Part shown: positions 9,459-18,026 of the stretch, piece after piece
Layout of the letters: each line of letters starts with the position of its first letter
How positions within the stretch are numbered: position 1 is the first letter of the stretch
Position numbers and translations under genes: made by a program
IMG/VR virus record: IMGVR_UViG_3300027621_000003
Span: 62,001-126,000 of that record
Length of the DNA: 64,000 nucleotides
Direction: 5' to 3' (one strand)
The notes under the pieces: model-generated
Told to the model about the DNA's origin: nothing
Seen by the model: the letters and a program-made list of their open reading frames with translations, nothing else
The model's database searches: none

Positions 9459-10907
9459 TTAACCATTATAGTTAAGATTCAATATAAAATATAATATATA
9501 GTCATAAAAAGTGTAATTCTTATTTATATCAAAAAAGATTAATCTTTTATAATTTAAGAATGTTACCTTGTTAAATCTATTTTCGTCTTGTAAATCAAAT
9601 TCAATTTTATTGTCGGATAATTTTTTTAATATATGTTTAATATTAAATGATTTGTCAATTAATAGTTCTAAACTTAATTTAGGATTAACGTTCAAATTTT
9701 GTAAGTCAATATCATCAATTGTGAAAAATTTTATTATAACATCGGCATTGTCTTTTTGGGGTAATATAAATTGTTCAAAATCAGATTCTCTATTTTTTAT
9801 ATTAGATAAAACTTGGTCAGGAGTATATCCTCTCTCTTTAACATCACGTGATATTTTCCACTTCTTTTTTAATAAATCATCAGTATCCATATAAATTTTT
9901 AAATCATAAAGATTGTTTTCAGATTGATTAAATAAACTATGAAGTCCACAGACAATTAAATTGTTTGATGGTGAAATTGGTTTTTTTTCTGTAAATTTTC
10001 CGGTTGAATGGTCATAATCAACTTGGTAAATTTCATTTCCAACTTTTAAATTGAAAATATCCTCACTCATTTTTGTAATATGATTTGCATTTGGATTTAA
10101 ATGAGTGTAAGTTTTCCAATTGTTATTTGTTCTTTCCCATTTGTGATATCTATCACATTCTAACAAAAAGGAATCCGTAAAAGAAATTTTTAATAAATTA
10201 CTTAATGTGGATTTTCCCGAACCAGAGTCACCACAAATGGCAAAAACATTACATTTTGATAAAATAAAACTATAATCTAAATCAAACAACGTATAGTTAA
10301 TTTTATTTGAATTCAAATATTCATAAAGTAATGTTTCAGGACAAGTACCGTATAAACTAATTAAATTCTGAATGTTGTTATAAATGTTAAAATAATTGTT
10401 CATTATTTTGGAACTTCCAAAAGCAAACGCATCACAAATGTAATTGTCCGTTGGGGTTTCTAACTTTAATTTGTCTATTTTACTATCTTCAGGAATAAAC
10501 AAAGAATCCTTTTCAAAATTAAAAAAATTGGTAGACTTAATTAATAAATCAGGTCTAAGTCGTATTACTAAATCATATTCTTTTCCCGACAAATCCTCAT
10601 TTATTTTTCTTATTTCATTTAACTTATAAAGTTTTGACCAATGATTTATTACATTGTTAATTTTTTTATTCTCATCGTAAAAGATATTATCTTCAACAAG
10701 GGTTGTAATAGGATTTAAAAGATTTTTGATATGATTTAAATCAGATTCACTAATTTGATTAAAATATTTATCCTCTAAATTTTCATTATTAGTTATGTGA
10801 AGATAAACATCAACGTTTACAAAGTTATTAATAATTTCTTCTTTAATAAAATTAATATTTTCTTGGTAATTTCTAAGATAACCTGAAATTAATAACGCAA
10901 CCTTCAT
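9459..10907 (-). CDS. Fusion: N-terminal glycan-locus domain (RxRPD) plus phosphoribulokinase/uridine-kinase-like domain
   Basis: N-terminal KVALLISGYLR..RLRPDL..DAFAFG; C-terminal GDSGSGKST, DRYH, LNPNAN, YDHSTG, GLH, RDVKERG, FILPQK..ADV as in PRK. Confidence 0.75.
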   Translation of the reverse strand: MKVALLISGYLRNYQENINFIKEEIINNFVNVDVYLHITNNENLEDKYFNQISESDLNHIKNLLNPITTLVEDNIFYDENKKINNVINHWSKLYKLNEIRKINEDLSGKEYDLVIRLRPDLLIKSTNFFNFEKDSLFIPEDSKIDKLKLETPTDNYICDAFAFGSSKIMNNYFNIYNNIQNLISLYGTCPETLLYEYLNSNKINYTLFDLDYSFILSKCNVFAICGDSGSGKSTLSNLLKISFTDSFLLECDRYHKWERTNNNWKTYTHLNPNANHITKMSEDIFNLKVGNEIYQVDYDHSTGKFTEKKPISPSNNLIVCGLHSLFNQSENNLYDLKIYMDTDDLLKKKWKISRDVKERGYTPDQVLSNIKNRESDFEQFILPQKDNADVIIKFFTIDDIDLQNLNVNPKLSLELLIDKSFNIKHILKKLSDNKIEFDLQDENRFNKVTFLNYKRLIFFDINKNYTFYDYILYFILNLNYNG

Positions 10908-10917
10908 CGTTTTACTA

Positions 10918-12135
10918 TTAAAAATTAGTTTTAAAACTATCTAAATTTATTTCCCATGGTGAATTTAATCCACCATCTAATTTAATACAATCTTTTGGAT
11001 TAACTTGTTTACTCAAATATTTGGTATCATTATTCCAAGCGGTTAACATAGTATCACTATATGAAATAGTTAGACAATCATTTTCCACTTGGGTTATCTC
11101 CCCGACAATATTATCAACCTTCACTCTCATGTATGTTTTAAACTCACCATTTTCTGTGTGTGATGTGTTATCAAATAAGTTTAAATTAACTTTATTTAAT
11201 GAATATAAAAAACGTTTATTTATATCTAAAAAAAATGGAGATATGATGGCTGTTAAATTACAACTTTTTTTGGAAAATAAAACATTACAAATACCACCAC
11301 CTATTGCACCAACAACTTCTTCAACATTGGCAAATAAAAGTATTTTTTCCGTAGTTGTCATGTTTTCTGTGAATACCTCTGTAAAACCATTTTCAATTAA
11401 AAAATTAACCAAAGAATCTTCGTTGACTAATTTACGTTTAGTTGTGTAGTTTGTACCTATATTACTAAAATCACCATGTAACCAACTTCTTCGTGAAATA
11501 TAAACTTTCTTAGGTAAATTTTCTTGATTAGTATCTTTACTCACTCTCTTAACAATTTTACGATATAAATCATAAATTTCATTTCTTGGGGGTAAATTAG
11601 AATCAAAATCGTGTGTATATGATGTTGATACTAAAATTGATGAGTACTCAGTATTTTCATCTATTATTTTAATATCATTATCTGTAATTCCCAGTATATC
11701 TAAAAACTCAGAAACAAATCTATAATGTTCTTTTTTATTGGGATTTGGATAATTCATTAATAGTTTTAAATTTGGTTTTGTTTTCTTCATTTCCATAAAA
11801 CTTATCAAATATGGTAATGTGTCATAAACAAAATGAAAATAATTATCGGTATTATAAATAAAGTAGAATAAACTTTCTGACTCAAAATTTTTAGTTGTTT
11901 TTTCCTCATCAAATTTAATATCTTTTGAAATTCCTTTCAAAGACATTGTGGTTTCTTGAATAGGATTAACTATTTGATTTGTTTCATTTGAAATAAAAAA
12001 AATGTTTGGATAAAATAAGGATTCTCCAGTTGGGATTACATTTTTTAATTCATAGACATTTATTTCTCGTTGATTTGAGTCAACAGGAAATAAATTAATT
12101 TTATCAATTATTTCTTTATACGATACAAGATTCAT
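10918..12135 (-). CDS. GT61 (DUF563) glycosyltransferase
   Basis: NYFHFVYDTLP, KVYISRR, RKLVNE, VVGAIGGGICNVLF. Confidence 0.75.
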   Translation of the reverse strand: MNLVSYKEIIDKINLFPVDSNQREINVYELKNVIPTGESLFYPNIFFISNETNQIVNPIQETTMSLKGISKDIKFDEEKTTKNFESESLFYFIYNTDNYFHFVYDTLPYLISFMEMKKTKPNLKLLMNYPNPNKKEHYRFVSEFLDILGITDNDIKIIDENTEYSSILVSTSYTHDFDSNLPPRNEIYDLYRKIVKRVSKDTNQENLPKKVYISRRSWLHGDFSNIGTNYTTKRKLVNEDSLVNFLIENGFTEVFTENMTTTEKILLFANVEEVVGAIGGGICNVLFSKKSCNLTAIISPFFLDINKRFLYSLNKVNLNLFDNTSHTENGEFKTYMRVKVDNIVGEITQVENDCLTISYSDTMLTAWNNDTKYLSKQVNPKDCIKLDGGLNSPWEINLDSFKTNF

Positions 12136-13011
12136 TTAATTTAACTCTTCAAGTATTTTATAAAAACTTTTATTTAACCTTGTATGTTCTGCCATATCTG
12201 TACCTCCAACTCTTTCATCTTCATGCCACCAAATATCAAATTCTAATGTTACAAATAAATCAGGGTGGTTTCTATACATTAATGTCATTATGTCTTCTTC
12301 GTGATATAGTCTTTTATCATGTTCAGTAACTTGATAAACATATTTTTTGAAGAGTGTGATTATCTCGTTTAATAATTCTTTTTTTCCACCAAAAAAACCA
12401 CCGATGATGTGTCTAGAATTATCATATTCATTAAAATGTAATTCATTGACAGTACCTGACCAAAAATTTCTTGAGTTTTCTTTTGAAACAATGATAATTT
12501 TATCACCACTTTTAGAAATTAAATTGTTCAAAAATGTATTATTAAATAAAGAACTTTCATAATATTGACTATTATGAATACCTGTTTTTGCCAAATATCT
12601 GTTTGGTATTAAACCACAATGTGACAAACCAGCATCTATCCAATAATAATTGTCATAGGACATATCCTCCATTGATAACCATATGAACTTCATATACTGA
12701 ATCTCAATACATCTATCCCCTCTTTTAGTTCCTTCATAGTCTTTGTATTGACCAATCAAATCAGAAAATTCATTTTGTTTTAAATCAAATTTAACAAATT
12801 TAATTTTTTCAGGATTTATATTGTTTTCAACATAGAAAAAATCAACTAATTTATCGTACTCATCATCAGATGTGTAACATATAAAATCTGCGTCTGTCAT
12901 TTTTAATAATGATAGTAAGCTCCAAAAATAATGACCCTGTCTACCATTTCTCCCACCTAATTCAGTTCCATATAAATTAGAATAAATTGCTGTAATAATT
13001 TTAGTTTTCAT
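12136..13011 (-). CDS. HtrL/YibB-like glycosyltransferase
   Basis: ITAIY, MKF, YYWIDAGL, IIGGFFGG, EEDIM. Confidence 0.6.
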   Translation of the reverse strand: MKTKIITAIYSNLYGTELGGRNGRQGHYFWSLLSLLKMTDADFICYTSDDEYDKLVDFFYVENNINPEKIKFVKFDLKQNEFSDLIGQYKDYEGTKRGDRCIEIQYMKFIWLSMEDMSYDNYYWIDAGLSHCGLIPNRYLAKTGIHNSQYYESSLFNNTFLNNLISKSGDKIIIVSKENSRNFWSGTVNELHFNEYDNSRHIIGGFFGGKKELLNEIITLFKKYVYQVTEHDKRLYHEEDIMTLMYRNHPDLFVTLEFDIWWHEDERVGGTDMAEHTRLNKSFYKILEELN

Positions 13012-13735
13012 ATATAAATTCTTTATGTTCGTTGTTTTGTTTAGTTATTTGATTACGTTCGTAATCTAAAAATTCGCCAGAAATTTTATATGGAGAATAC
13101 CCATTCCAATTATAAGTTTGTATATAAAAATTACTATAAGACCCTTGTGTGACATCTGAAAAATCACTTTTTTGTGGTGCTATTGGTAATATTGGACAGT
13201 AACTTTGTTTTTTTGTTGTTATGTTATTATAAATGTACTCATCAATTGCATAATAACCTTGTAAATTATCGGTCACAATTTGTTTAACATCATTAAATAT
13301 TGATTTATGATATACCATCATATTTGTTGCAAATACACCCCTATGTCTTTCTTCTTTAGGTGGAAAATTAGTAATATCAATTAACAATTTATGGTTTTTA
13401 CTAACATCAACAGGTCTATTATGTGTTGGGGATAAATTTAAAATACCAAATTCAGTATTTTCTAACTCAATGTCCAATTTTTCAATAAATGATTTTGCGT
13501 ATGGCATAAATGAACAATCATCTTCTATAACCATAACATATTCATAATCTCTTTCAATTGCAATATCTATGATTGCAATATGAGATAACGTGCATCCTAA
13601 ATGACTACCTGTATCAACAGCTTTGAATAATTCATAATCCCACCCAATGTATGACATTTCTTTTTGGATGTGTTCTAATCTGTCAATACGTTTTTCTAAA
13701 TTTAGAACAAATTTTGGTATTTCATTTAATTTCAT
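13001..13735 (-). CDS. GT25 glycosyltransferase (likely start MKLNEIPK at 13735)
   Basis: VLNLEKRIDR, GCTLSH, VIEDD, AIDEY. Confidence 0.8.
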   Translation of the reverse strand: MKLNEIPKFVLNLEKRIDRLEHIQKEMSYIGWDYELFKAVDTGSHLGCTLSHIAIIDIAIERDYEYVMVIEDDCSFMPYAKSFIEKLDIELENTEFGILNLSPTHNRPVDVSKNHKLLIDITNFPPKEERHRGVFATNMMVYHKSIFNDVKQIVTDNLQGYYAIDEYIYNNITTKKQSYCPILPIAPQKSDFSDVTQGSYSNFYIQTYNWNGYSPYKISGEFLDYERNQITKQNNEHKEFIYEN

Positions 13736-13739
13736 ATCT

Positions 13740-14339
13740 TTATATTTTTTCCCAATTTTCCCACACAAACTCATAATCATAAGTTAATTTGTGTGTTAAA
13801 GTTAATTTTTCTCTTATCCAATTTCTTAAATTTACAGAATCTGGTATAAACTGATGAAATTGTACCTGTATGTTTTTAAACATATGTATAACATCATTAT
13901 CAATTAAACTCTTTAATACTGGAAATTCATCACCCTCAATATTAATCTTTATTAAATCAATGTTGTCTATGTTATTTTCATTTAAAAATTTAACAAATGA
14001 AACAACTTTGGCCAATATTTTATTTTCAGCGTTAATATAAAAAGAACTTCCATCGTTTAACAATGCAATCTCAATTGATTTATCTTCGTCTGAAATTCCA
14101 AAATTATAAACTTTTATTTTTTCTTTATCTTTAAATTTTTCTACCAAATTATTATATAACTCAGGTATAGGTTCAAAAACATGTACATAACATTGATATT
14201 TATCGTAAATTTTTTGAGTCCAACTTCCGTGATATCCACCTAAGTCAAACACAATTGAATTTTCGTTTAGGGGGTAATTAACTCTTAATGTGTCGTCACC
14301 ACCAATTTTAAACCATTCTTGTAAATCTTCGTAATTCAT
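13740..14339 (-). CDS. FkbM-family methyltransferase (likely start MNYEDL at 14339)
   Basis: VFDLGGYHG, VFEP, IKINIEGDE, QVQFH. Confidence 0.85.
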   Translation of the reverse strand: MNYEDLQEWFKIGGDDTLRVNYPLNENSIVFDLGGYHGSWTQKIYDKYQCYVHVFEPIPELYNNLVEKFKDKEKIKVYNFGISDEDKSIEIALLNDGSSFYINAENKILAKVVSFVKFLNENNIDNIDLIKINIEGDEFPVLKSLIDNDVIHMFKNIQVQFHQFIPDSVNLRNWIREKLTLTHKLTYDYEFVWENWEKI

Positions 14340-14358
14340 TTTTTTATTTTTTTTATGT

Positions 14359-15138
14359 TTATATGATAACCCAATTTTCTGGATAAAGGTCATCTGTAAT
14401 GTATGAATGTAATGTCGGACCAAACCATTTTTTTGGTGATATTACAATATTTTCTTTTTTATTTAACCATGCACCCCACCAACTAAAACTACTATTTGCA
14501 ATAATATTATTATTACAGAATGACATCAAATACAATTCTTCATAGTCGGATAAATCGGTAATAAAAACTTTGTTTTTAATATATTCAAACTGTGTTTTAC
14601 AATATTCAATATCATCTGAAAATATTAAATAAACTGATTCAGAACCAATTATTTCATATGATTTTTGATAGTAATCATGTGATAAAACTGGATGGTAATT
14701 TTCTAAATGAAGATAATCACCTCGTCTTACATGTATAGAACAAGTTTTATTTTTTAATATTTCTCCGTATATAGATTGTAATTTATTTTTAATTTCATCA
14801 TTTGGTTCAAACAAAGATAAAATTCCTTCTCGGTTTTTTTTAAAATATTTATCACTTTGAAAAAAACCTGATAATTTTATACTTCTATCAAACTTAGGTA
14901 TTTCACAGTAATGAAAACTACCCACATTATAAACTTCATACGGTACTTCTGTATTTGAAAATTTTACTTTTTGAAATATTGTGTTTTTATATGAGCTTAA
15001 TGGGTTGTGTCCATTATAATGTTTAGTTTCATCAACAATAAAATCTGAGTCTTCGTCTATTGAGGTAGAATACCCTGTAGCGATTTGAAACATTGTATTA
15101 CCAAGACCTCCGTGTATATTTGTTGAAATAACATTCAC
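14359..15138 (-). CDS. GT11 alpha-1,2-fucosyltransferase-like
   Basis: GGLGNTMFQ, GFFQS, IHVRRGDY, FSDD, IIANSSFSWWGAWL. Confidence 0.9.
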   Translation of the reverse strand: MNVISTNIHGGLGNTMFQIATGYSTSIDEDSDFIVDETKHYNGHNPLSSYKNTIFQKVKFSNTEVPYEVYNVGSFHYCEIPKFDRSIKLSGFFQSDKYFKKNREGILSLFEPNDEIKNKLQSIYGEILKNKTCSIHVRRGDYLHLENYHPVLSHDYYQKSYEIIGSESVYLIFSDDIEYCKTQFEYIKNKVFITDLSDYEELYLMSFCNNNIIANSSFSWWGAWLNKKENIVISPKKWFGPTLHSYITDDLYPENWVII

Positions 15139-15143
15139 TTGTT

Positions 15144-15908
15144 TTAATCTTTAAACATTAAATTTGATTTATCATCATATCCTCGTCTATGTGCAAAAAT
15201 TACAGAACCAATAGATTTTGCACCTTCCAAGTTTCTACTTGAATCCGTCCAATATCCGTATATGTCAATTTCTTGTTTTGAACAACCATATCTTGAAGCC
15301 AATATAGACAAAATACTTTGGTCATGACGATGATTTTCTTGATTTCCATCTAAACAACCTTCAATTAACGAAAACGCATACGCATCATCAAATAATTGTT
15401 GATATTTTCCATTAGATTTATATCCAACCAATCCAGCCCAAAGTTGGTTATCACTAAGTTCGCTTTCTGTAGCAGAAACACATTCAACACATTCTGAGTG
15501 TGTAAAATTTCTATTTATGTGAACATCACCAACTAAAAATATTTCTTCGTTTTCAATCTTATCATAGATTTCTTTAATTGATTTCAAAGGACATGCTCCT
15601 GAGTCCAACCATAAAACATTATGTCCCAAACTACTTGCATTTTTCATACAGTAAATTTTATAGATGTAAGATTTTGGTTCCAAAAATTTTGAATGTAATT
15701 CTGTTGCGTTTGATGGGAAATTTAAAACTTCAACATTTTTTAATGTGTTTAAATAATTAATTTCATTTTCTTCCAATCCCAAGTTAAAAACAAAAATTCT
15801 ATCAACAACTTCCAAACTATCTTTATGTACATTACTTATCAATGTTAAAAGAGAACTATAGTAGGGACTATTGGTCGCGGTAACTAAAATATTATTATAC
15901 ATTTTCAT
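15144..15908 (-). CDS. DUF1647-like putative GT-A glycosyltransferase
   Basis: FNLGL, VLWLDSG, NHRHDQSILSIL. Confidence 0.55.
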   Translation of the reverse strand: MKMYNNILVTATNSPYYSSLLTLISNVHKDSLEVVDRIFVFNLGLEENEINYLNTLKNVEVLNFPSNATELHSKFLEPKSYIYKIYCMKNASSLGHNVLWLDSGACPLKSIKEIYDKIENEEIFLVGDVHINRNFTHSECVECVSATESELSDNQLWAGLVGYKSNGKYQQLFDDAYAFSLIEGCLDGNQENHRHDQSILSILASRYGCSKQEIDIYGYWTDSSRNLEGAKSIGSVIFAHRRGYDDKSNLMFKD

Positions 15909-16710
15909 TTAAATAAGTTTCAATTATTTTTTCAGGGTAAATATATTTTTTAGCAGATTCAAAATTACTTTGGATTGAATTTATTTTAGAGTTATACAAT
16001 TCCACATCTAAAGTATCAATAATTGTTGATAATTCATTTTCATCGTTGATGAAAATAACACCATTAGTATCAAAATAATTTTCAATGTTTTTTGTACCCC
16101 AATAAATTGGAATGGTACCTGTCAAGAAACAATCTAATAGTTTTTCAGTAAAATAATCCGACTCAATTGAATTTTCAATTACAACTGAAAATCTATAGTC
16201 TTTTAGACCATCAACTTTTAAATCAATAGGTTTATCACAACCACTACCATAAAAATCAATTTTACCACTATCTTTAAACATATTATAGATTGAGTGTCTT
16301 AATCTATGACCATGATTCCAAGTTTTCCATGAAAAAATTGTGCTAATAGATTTTAATTTTTCGTGAATACCCATATCCTCTTCTCTCATCCATGTTCCAC
16401 CAGCTGGTATGTAAACAAAATTATCAATTCTGTCGTTTAAATCTTTTATGAAACTAAAAATATATTTAAAATTTTTGTAGTCTCTAACAGCCTTTCCTTG
16501 ATGGTCACCATTAATAATGGGTGGTTCTAATAACCAAACACAATTAATTTTTTCGGGATTTATTTCTTGTGAAAATGCCATACTGTCGGTGTATATTGCA
16601 ATATCATACTCGGTTGTTGTCCTTGACCATTCTACAGGACTTGGTAAATTTAAAGATATCCCTGACACACCGTCAAAGTTACCGTCAATTAATTTTATTG
16701 TTTTTGTCAT
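15895..16710 (-). CDS. GT10 alpha-1,3/4-fucosyltransferase-like
   Basis: YRFSVVIENSIESDYFTEKLLDCFLTGTIPIYWG matches the GT10 alpha-1,3 motif. Confidence 0.85.
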   Translation of the reverse strand: MTKTIKLIDGNFDGVSGISLNLPSPVEWSRTTTEYDIAIYTDSMAFSQEINPEKINCVWLLEPPIINGDHQGKAVRDYKNFKYIFSFIKDLNDRIDNFVYIPAGGTWMREEDMGIHEKLKSISTIFSWKTWNHGHRLRHSIYNMFKDSGKIDFYGSGCDKPIDLKVDGLKDYRFSVVIENSIESDYFTEKLLDCFLTGTIPIYWGTKNIENYFDTNGVIFINDENELSTIIDTLDVELYNSKINSIQSNFESAKKYIYPEKIIETYLNENV

Positions 16711-16721
16711 ATAAATAAGTA

Positions 16722-17969
16722 TTATAAATTACCTGTTATTCTTTCACACCAATCTTTAGATATTGAGTGTGGCCAAACAACCCAATACTTAGGTTTATGT
16801 TCTGTTTGGAATTCTCTCCATACCTTACAGTAACCATCTGGGTCATTCATCATTCTATTGATTTCATCTTTGTCAGCATCTTTTCTGTTCAATGTCTCAT
16901 CATTTTCACCGTGGAAAGCAACAACCCAAAAATCATAATCTTTTTCAGGGACTTGTGAGAATCCAATATCAATACAATGTTTAAATACTTGAGCAAAGTT
17001 TTTCTTCCACTCTTCCTCAGATTCAAAATTATATGGGTTTGGTGGGTAATTCTTATCTAACGTATGTTGTTGAACCGCTCTTTTTTCAAATAAAAGACCT
17101 GAATATTTTTCATAATCTCTTAATGTCCTAACGGGTCCAAAACCATAAGGTCCATCATGTCCTTCTTGTTGTTCACCATCCATACCAAACAATTTTCTAT
17201 TGGTAAAATGTGAATGACTATTTTTATTTCCCCACTCTTTATCATCATCCCACTGTTTTGTTCTACCTTTACGAGTATATTCGTGCCAAATTAAAACTTT
17301 ATGTGGGTGGAATAAATCATAACCCCAAGTGTAAGCACGAGCAGCAATTGATATTTCTTCACCGTGGAAATAGTATTCAGGATTGTGTTGTACTTCTTTT
17401 GAGAATTGTCCTAATGTAAAACAGTAGTGAGCTGAATAGAAACGAGATGTAACAGGTTCTGTTAAGCTCTGCCAACCTGGAATTGTCTCAGGTAGGAAGA
17501 ATACCGCACCTTCGGGAATAAATCTGTCAAACGCCATTCTCCATGGTTCTTGCATTCTCCCTGCTGGGTCATTGTCGGGGTCAAATGATGAAACATATCC
17601 TGTAAGTAATGGTTTTTCATGACCTTTCTTTTGGAGTTGTTTAATCATCTTAATCATTTCATCGTCCCAATTGGGTGCGAATCTCATGTGTGAGTCAATT
17701 TGAAGTGTATATTCTTCATCTTGATACACTTGTTGGACTTGGTGTCTTGCCCAACAAACACCCTTTGATTCCAAATATGGAATGTTAAGGATTCTAAATC
17801 TTTTATCTTTTTCGTACTCTGACAAATCATCAAATTTATCATCAGGATGAAATTGTCTTGCAATACCAATTCTTAAGTTTTTAGGTCTTTTAGCATTTTC
17901 TATCATACTTTTGATAGTAGCGATAAGTTGGGGGTCACGATAAGCGGCAATTTGAACAAATATTTTCAT
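16722..17969 (-). CDS. GT60 polypeptide/hydroxyproline alpha-GlcNAc transferase (Gnt1-like)
   Basis: IFVQIAAYRDP, SKGVCWAR, YTLQIDSHMRF..WD, FHGEEISIAARAYTWGYDLF, HEY, GPVRTLRDYE. Confidence 0.85.
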   Translation of the reverse strand: MKIFVQIAAYRDPQLIATIKSMIENAKRPKNLRIGIARQFHPDDKFDDLSEYEKDKRFRILNIPYLESKGVCWARHQVQQVYQDEEYTLQIDSHMRFAPNWDDEMIKMIKQLQKKGHEKPLLTGYVSSFDPDNDPAGRMQEPWRMAFDRFIPEGAVFFLPETIPGWQSLTEPVTSRFYSAHYCFTLGQFSKEVQHNPEYYFHGEEISIAARAYTWGYDLFHPHKVLIWHEYTRKGRTKQWDDDKEWGNKNSHSHFTNRKLFGMDGEQQEGHDGPYGFGPVRTLRDYEKYSGLLFEKRAVQQHTLDKNYPPNPYNFESEEEWKKNFAQVFKHCIDIGFSQVPEKDYDFWVVAFHGENDETLNRKDADKDEINRMMNDPDGYCKVWREFQTEHKPKYWVVWPHSISKDWCERITGNL

Positions 17970-18026
17970 GAATATATTTTTTCATAAAAATATTAAAGGA
18001 TTTGAAAAAGTTAATAGGAAATAATA

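Noticed and set aside
9459-10907. Phosphoribulokinase as a Calvin-cycle auxiliary metabolic gene
   Set aside because: Fused to a glycan-locus domain inside a GT cluster; no RuBisCO or CP12 in the window, and host signals point to heterotrophic Bacteroidota
1-17969. Bacterial O-antigen/capsule locus or prophage-flanking host DNA
   Set aside because: No wzx/wzy/wza/ABC export genes seen; contiguous and co-oriented with a phage-type gene and shares the phage upstream motif
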